From: a virus
Length of the DNA stretch: 64,000 nucleotides
Virus record (IMG/VR): IMGVR_UViG_3300049043_000188
Location: 32,001-96,000 of that record
Reading direction: 5' to 3' (one strand)
Both the position numbers and the translations under genes were made by a program. Below the pieces are notes generated by a model. It was given only the letters and a program-made list of their open reading frames with translations. It made no database searches and was not told the DNA's origin. This document shows, piece after piece, positions 58,261 to 64,000 of this stretch (positions are counted from its first letter, which is position 1; each line of letters opens with the position of its first letter).

Positions 58261-58937
58261 TTATTTTCCTTGTTTCAATTTCAGTCGTTCTCTAGGCACA
58301 GGATTTTGCGCTTGCCAATTTTTTTCGCCTAATTCTCGAAATTTTGTAATCGCGTGTTCTATTTCTTTTCGATGAATCGCATCGACATCTAAAACAATTT
58401 CTAAGCCAATGCCGTAGTGGTAACTCAAATCAATTTGAAATGATTCATAAATAGCAGGCGGGTTATTTTCAATAATGTCTAATTCCAGTTTTTGCTTCTT
58501 GTTCTGCAAAAGTTAAGCCGCCAAATTTTTCATAGCCTTTTCTCTCAGGGAAAATCATTTCGTAAGTCAAAATTCTTCCTGTTTTGGGACAACGGTCTGC
58601 GGGTACAGATTCGATTTTGCATTCAGCGTCTACTTCTTCAGTGGTAAGCATTTCAAATATACAAGAATAAGCAAGGTCACTTACAGCATCATCTAAAGCC
58701 TGTTTTGCTGTAATGATACGTCGCGTTCCAAATGGTAAATTTATCCAATCCTAAAAAATAGAAATCAAACCACTGGCTATCACGCGATTCATCAAGTACT
58801 AAGGGGCTGGTGAACATTCCGCCAGTAATGGCTCGTTTCGCGTTCAATTTCGTTCTGAGTTTGATAAACACATCATTGCGTTTGTGGCGCGGTAAGCTAA
58901 TAAAGGGACGGTGTTTTTTCTTAAATCGACGCGGCAT
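58261..58937 (-). CDS. Hypothetical bacterial protein of about 225 aa (three ORF pieces joined across read indels)
   Basis: Pieces 58689-58937, 58469-58651 and 58261-58509 join into one coherent protein (QWFDFYFLG..IWNA, FGGLTF.E, SYHYGIGLEIVLD). Confidence 0.6.
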
Positions 58938-59160
58938 AAAAAACCTTCTCAGGCAGAAAAATAAAGTTTTAAAAAAGGTTGTACATGATTTGTCACAACT
59001 TTACAACCTGCTTACAAGCCCTGAATTTACTGGTTTTATATTGTGGCTAAAGCACATTTCATTTTGTCGCCACTTTGTCACAGGCATTCAATCAAAATCA
59101 AGCAGTGTTAAACTACATCAAAGTACAACGCACCATGATAGACAAAGGTTTTACGTTTTC

Positions 59161-61001
59161 ATGAATAAAAAAGAACTTAGCGAGCGTGATATTTGTACCA
59201 AGTACATAACCCCTGCACTTGTGTCGGCAGGATGGGACATTCAAACGCAAGTTCGTGAAGAATATCCGTTTACAGAGGGTCGAATTATCGTGCGTGGCAG
59301 ACTGCATACACGAGGCAAGCAAAATCGTGTCGATTATTTGCTCTTCTGTAAGAAAAATCAGCCGATTGCAATTATCGAAGCTAAAAATAATTCACATAAA
59401 ACTGGCGTAGGAATGCAACAAGCTCTGGCTTACGCAGAAAAATTAGATGTACCTTTCGTATTTAGTTGCAACGGCGATCGATTTTTATTTCACGATAGAA
59501 CAGGCTTATCTGCTCAAGTTGAAACCGAGTTGTGCTTAGATAAATTCCCCAGTCCTGAAAATTTATGGCAGCGATATTGTGCCTTTAAGCAATTAACAAG
59601 CATTGAAAAGGAAATTGTTGAAACTCCCTATTATTTTGACGGCAGTAAACGAACGCCAAGATACTATCAAATCATCGCAATCAATCGCACTATTGAAGCT
59701 GTCAGTAAAGGACAGCAACGTATTTTGCTAGTGATGGCAACAGGTACGGGTAAAACCTATACGGCGTTTCAAATCATCTGGCGACTCTGGAAATCAAAGC
59801 AGAAAAAACGAATTTTATTTTTAGCTGACCGCAATATCTTAGTTGACCAAACCAAAAACAATGATTTTTCCCCTTTGGTCAAGCAATGACCAAAATTACA
59901 GGGCGGCAAGTCAACAAAGCATTTGAAATTTATTTGTGCCTATATCAAGCCGTCACTGGTAGCGAAGAAGGGCGCAACGTTTATAAGCAATTTGACCCGA
60001 CATTTTTTGACCTGATTATTATTGATGAATGTCATCGGGGTAGTGCGAATGAAAACTCAGCTTGGCGCGTCATCTTAGATTATTTTTGCAGTGCAACGCA
60101 TATCGGCTTAACAGCAACACCCAAAGAAACTAAAGATACCAGCAACATTCATTATTTTGGCGAACCTGTTTACACGTACTCGCTAAAGCAAGGTATTGAG
60201 GACGGCTTTCTTGCGCCTGTACAAAGTAATACGCATCGATTTTGATATTGATTTGAAAGGCTGGAAACCCGCCAAAGGGCAAAAGGACAAATACGGCAAT
60301 TTAATTGAGGAACGCCTCTATAACCGAAAGGACATCGATAGAAATATCATTTTCGATGAACGCACTCAACTTGTCGCATGGAAGATTACCGAATACTTGC
60401 GAACAAACGGGCGAATTTCAAAAGACCATTGTCTTTTGTAATGACATTGAACACGCAGAGCGAATGCGTCAAGCCTTAGTTAATCTCAATGCCGAGCGCA
60501 TCAAAGAAAATCGCCGCTATGTCATGCGAATTACAGGCGATGACAAAGAAGGTAAATCTGAGTTAGATAATTTTATTGACCCCGAATCAACCTATCCTGT
60601 AATTGCTGTCACTAGCGATTTAATGTCAACGGGTGTTGATGCCAAAACTTGCAAGCTGGTTGTGTTAGATAAACATATTCAGTCGATGACTTTGTTTAAA
60701 CAGATTATCGGACGTGGTACGCGCATTGATGAAGGGTACGATAAATACTGGTTCACCATCATGGACTTCAAAAATGCCACTAAATTATTTGCAGATAAAA
60801 ATTTTGATGGCGACCCGCGTTCAAATCTATCAACCTAACCCCGACGAACCTATTGCACCCACCAATCATGACCCAGAGCCTACGCCAGATGATTTAGGTG
60901 GAAATGGGTTGACAGATAATGAGAATGGTGATGAGGAGGAAGAGGAAAATAATGATGAAAATAATGATGAAACCATTGTTGACCCACCACCACTGCCACC
61001 C
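59161..61001 (+). CDS. hsdR: Type I restriction enzyme subunit R (EcoEI-like), frameshifted by read errors and 3'-truncated
   Basis: [61 protein letters not shown]. Confidence 0.92.
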
Positions 61002-61419
61002 AGCAATACGTAACTGAACCAAAAATTAACGAATTGCTTCTAATGATTCCCTTAAGACGGACTTTTTGGGCTTTTCTGCACTTACCCCACTGGCCGTCAA
61101 TGATTTTTCCGTGATGGGTTGTGGATTGCAATGGCTTCACTCAGTTTGTCAGTTTGTGTTTCGACGTTTAGGAGCCCTCCACCACCCACCACTTCAGGTC
61201 AATGCCTGAATCAAGGTGGTAGAAGCTTCATATCCGCTACCACCTTCAAGTTCAGCGGATATCCCATCCTGCCGATTGTCCAGCGGGAAAACTTGTGGGA
61301 TTATACGCGAGGTGTCTTGCATTGCTGTTTTGGTATGCACTAGTTTTATTCTATCTCTGCGTATTATTGAGCAACACGGTTAATGTACACCCGCAAAAAC
61401 ATTTGGCTTACGTATTGCT

Positions 61420-61646
<227 letters not shown>

Positions 61647-62337
61647 AGCAATACGTAACTGAACGAAGAAATTTACGTATTGCTCCATGTCCGGGTCAGC
61701 GTGACACCTGCCATCCGTGTACGGGAGGAACACGTCGACCTCACCGAAGGAGTGCCATACCACTGGAATACCGAAAGGGGTGAATACCCGCCGCCTTCGC
61801 CATTTCCCATGCATTGCGAAGAGCCGCCGCGGTCGCCATCCATCCGACGCTCCTCCGTTGGAGTACTGCGTCTCAGAGGTTTGGTGCGCTCACCAGTACG
61901 GATGCCGGTAGAAGCGCATGCCAGGCAACAGCGGGAACTCGATGACCTCCACTTTCTTCGCGAACGACACCTTCCGTGATCCCGGAGCCGCCGGGCACGC
62001 AATCGCAGTACACCAACCTTCACGTCGCCAACTATGATCGCCTCCCCCGCTGCCGCCGCCAGAACGCCAGTCGCTGGACGGCGCGCTTCGTGGTGGGAAC
62101 GTGGGGGCCGCCGGCCATGACAGCCGACGGCCTGCCCTTCAGCGCGGTGACGACTTGGCCTTCGCCTCAGGCTTCGCTTTCGCGCCAGCCTTCGGCGTCG
62201 GTGTACCCTCGTGCTTGAACATGGAGTTGCTTCCTGAATCGGCACTCACCTTTCGCCCAATGCCGGGAAGTCTCACGCTTGGGACGGTGATGGCGGCCGG
62301 CAGCAATACGTAACTGTACGCAAACTTACGTATTGCT

Positions 62338-62440
62338 GTCCAGCTCGAGAAGCGCAATGTGTAACCACACGGTCCCATTGATCCGCCGTGGTTTGTCGTA
62401 GTTCTTCCGAGAAACTTGATGTATCGGCACCAGGAGCCAT
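62338..62440 (-). CDS. 5' fragment of a possible TenA/THI-4 family gene
   Basis: MAPGADTSSFSEELRQTTADQWDRVVTH resembles TenA N-termini (FS..LR...W....H). Only about 30 codons are visible. Confidence 0.35.
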
Positions 62441-62820
62441 TTCTATGTTGCGGTCCTTGGACTTATTTAAGTGAAGCCTCAATAGGCTTTTTTCGAATTG
62501 TAAGTAGTAACAGTAGTATTACTTGTTGCGAAACACCACCACGCGACTTCAACCACGGATCCAAAATTAATTGATTTCGTGTTCTTGGGAACACATTCCA
62601 TCGAAAGAGCTAAAAATCGTATTCACGGATTCATATGTCTATCATATTGCCGCGATGTTTGGCCTCCAACCGTTCCCACATAACCATCGATTGTAAAAAT
62701 TGATATCCAACGAAGCTCAAGCAGTGATGCTCATTCAGCTCATCCCCACACCTCTGCCGCTTCCTCATTCGCACTAGCAATACGTAACTGAACGAAGTAC
62801 ATCAAAAATGACGTATTGCT

Positions 62821-62841
62821 CCCCGCAAAACCCCAAACCCC
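62821..62841 (+). repeat. Degenerate C4A4 telomere of a spirotrich ciliate nanochromosome
   Basis: CCCCGCAAAACCCCAAACCCC immediately after the adapter, at a molecule end. Confidence 0.75.
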
Positions 62842-62875
62842 TAAAAGACAGTGGTAATATGAAATAATTAACAAG

Positions 62876-63526
62876 ATGTCGACGTAAATCAATAGTAGAA
62901 CGTTGAAGAATTAAGCTTCAAAGTCGACACCTCAGCTACTGGATCGCCTGCCCCACCAACTCATGCATGCGATGTAAAACAATAGTGCGAAGTCACTTTG
63001 GTTAAATCAGTAACCATACTAACAACAAGCAACATTTACAACCTCAGAATACGCTAACGTCAAGCGTCGTGACGGAACAGTTGCCATCATTAATGGAAAC
63101 GAAGTTATCAGGTAGTTTCCTTAGGTGGCTAACCTCAACAAGTAGCGCACTTAACTATTTAACGTGGGTCAAAGTGCAGCAGCTGCACCTGATAAGTTAC
63201 CGTAGTTAGAATCAAGTAAAGGTGCTTTGCGAAAGTAAACTTCAATAGCTGATTTGAACGATCGCTAGGAAAATCAAATTTTGAAGATAAGAAGTCGCTA
63301 AGGTCAAACTTAATTGTAAACCAACCCAAACGACTTTAATAATCTTTAATAGACTTAACTAATGAGTATGTTAAGCAAGAGCGAGGAGTAACGAAACCTG
63401 TTGTGCCGGCTTGTTGGTCAGTTCTTGCCAGCACTGCAGGCCAACTAGATCAACTAACAGCCTCCATAACAGGTGACACTATCGCCTTATCATCAAATGC
63501 AGAAAGAGAATTTAATCAAATAGTGA
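62876..63526 (+). CDS. Ciliate gene read with genetic code 6 (TAA/TAG=Gln), product unknown, probably continues past read errors
   Basis: ATG 34 nt after the telomere. 216 codons without TGA but about 23 in-frame TAA/TAG, often beside CAA/CAG. Confidence 0.75.
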
Positions 63527-64000
63527 ATACTTGGTGCTGTCCAGACAAACCACAAATGCTGCTTCGCATTAAGTTCTGAACATACGCGGGCAAATACCGT
63601 TTGAAACAGGTTATCATGGTCTTTAGAATGTTTATTCTTCTGATGAAGTCGGTCCTTTACTATTAATAGAGCGTCATCTGAACCGCCAGCTCACCATGAA
63701 CAGTTGTAAATAATGCGTACTTTGAAGAAATTGCCAAAAAGAGACAAGATTAAACCATTAAAAGACCCAGTGCTTAAACAACAAATTGCAAAACGTCTGA
63801 ACGTAATAAGATTAGAAAAACCATCTACTCTTCCTAGTTTCCAGTAATCTAAACTTAGTTCAAAAGCATTTGGAGTAGTATGTAAAATTCCTTTGGCAGC
63901 AAAATACAAATGTAGGAACTGTGCGCAAAGCAAATGAAGACAGAATAGCAATCATCTTGAATGTAATTTAGCCACAAGTGAAGTAGCCAAAGTTGCAGAC

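Noticed and set aside
58810-59160. 117-aa N-terminal extension of HsdR shown in the ORF track
   Set aside because: HsdR homology starts at [10 protein letters not shown] (59161). The extension overlaps an opposite-strand gene and intergenic DNA.
56442-61001. Phage-encoded restriction-modification island with IS1
   Set aside because: The region is bounded by adapters on both sides and is a separate bacterial molecule.

Overview
The window is a composite, almost certainly one unsplit Oxford Nanopore read. Bases 1-50990 are a contiguous, all plus-strand segment of a T4-like cyanomyovirus (Kyanoviridae-type, probably freshwater). It carries gp7, gp8, a VrlC-like protein, gp13-gp23, gp3, uvsY, uvsW, gp55, gp47, gp46, a CobT-like vWA/peptidase, a CobS-like AAA ATPase, a DUF3310-like gene, gp45 and the start of a probable homing endonuclease. 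NATAAATA late promoters and sigma70-type early promoters are visible. Many genes are broken by single-base indels typical of raw long reads. From 50991 onward, 13 copies (some degraded) of the ONT ligation adapter (AGCAATACGTAACTGAACGAAGTAC, usually followed by TTACGTATTGCT) join unrelated fragments. These include a fungal-like TBC/Rab-GAP gene, a GC-rich 2OG-Fe(II) oxygenase-like fragment, a bacterial restriction-modification island with an IS1 element, microsatellites, and a ciliate nanochromosome end using TAA/TAG=Gln. The most interesting biology is in the phage: (1) a modular, basic polyprotein punctuated by prohead-protease-type sites, plus two genes with T4-like capsid-targeting sequences, (2) a short G-[IVL]-[GA]-[ST] motif shared by non-homologous virion proteins, (3) a small NblA-like ORF missed by the ORF track, (4) a composite early-promoter motif, and (5) CATG avoidance. 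All family assignments come from recalled motifs and synteny, not from database searches.
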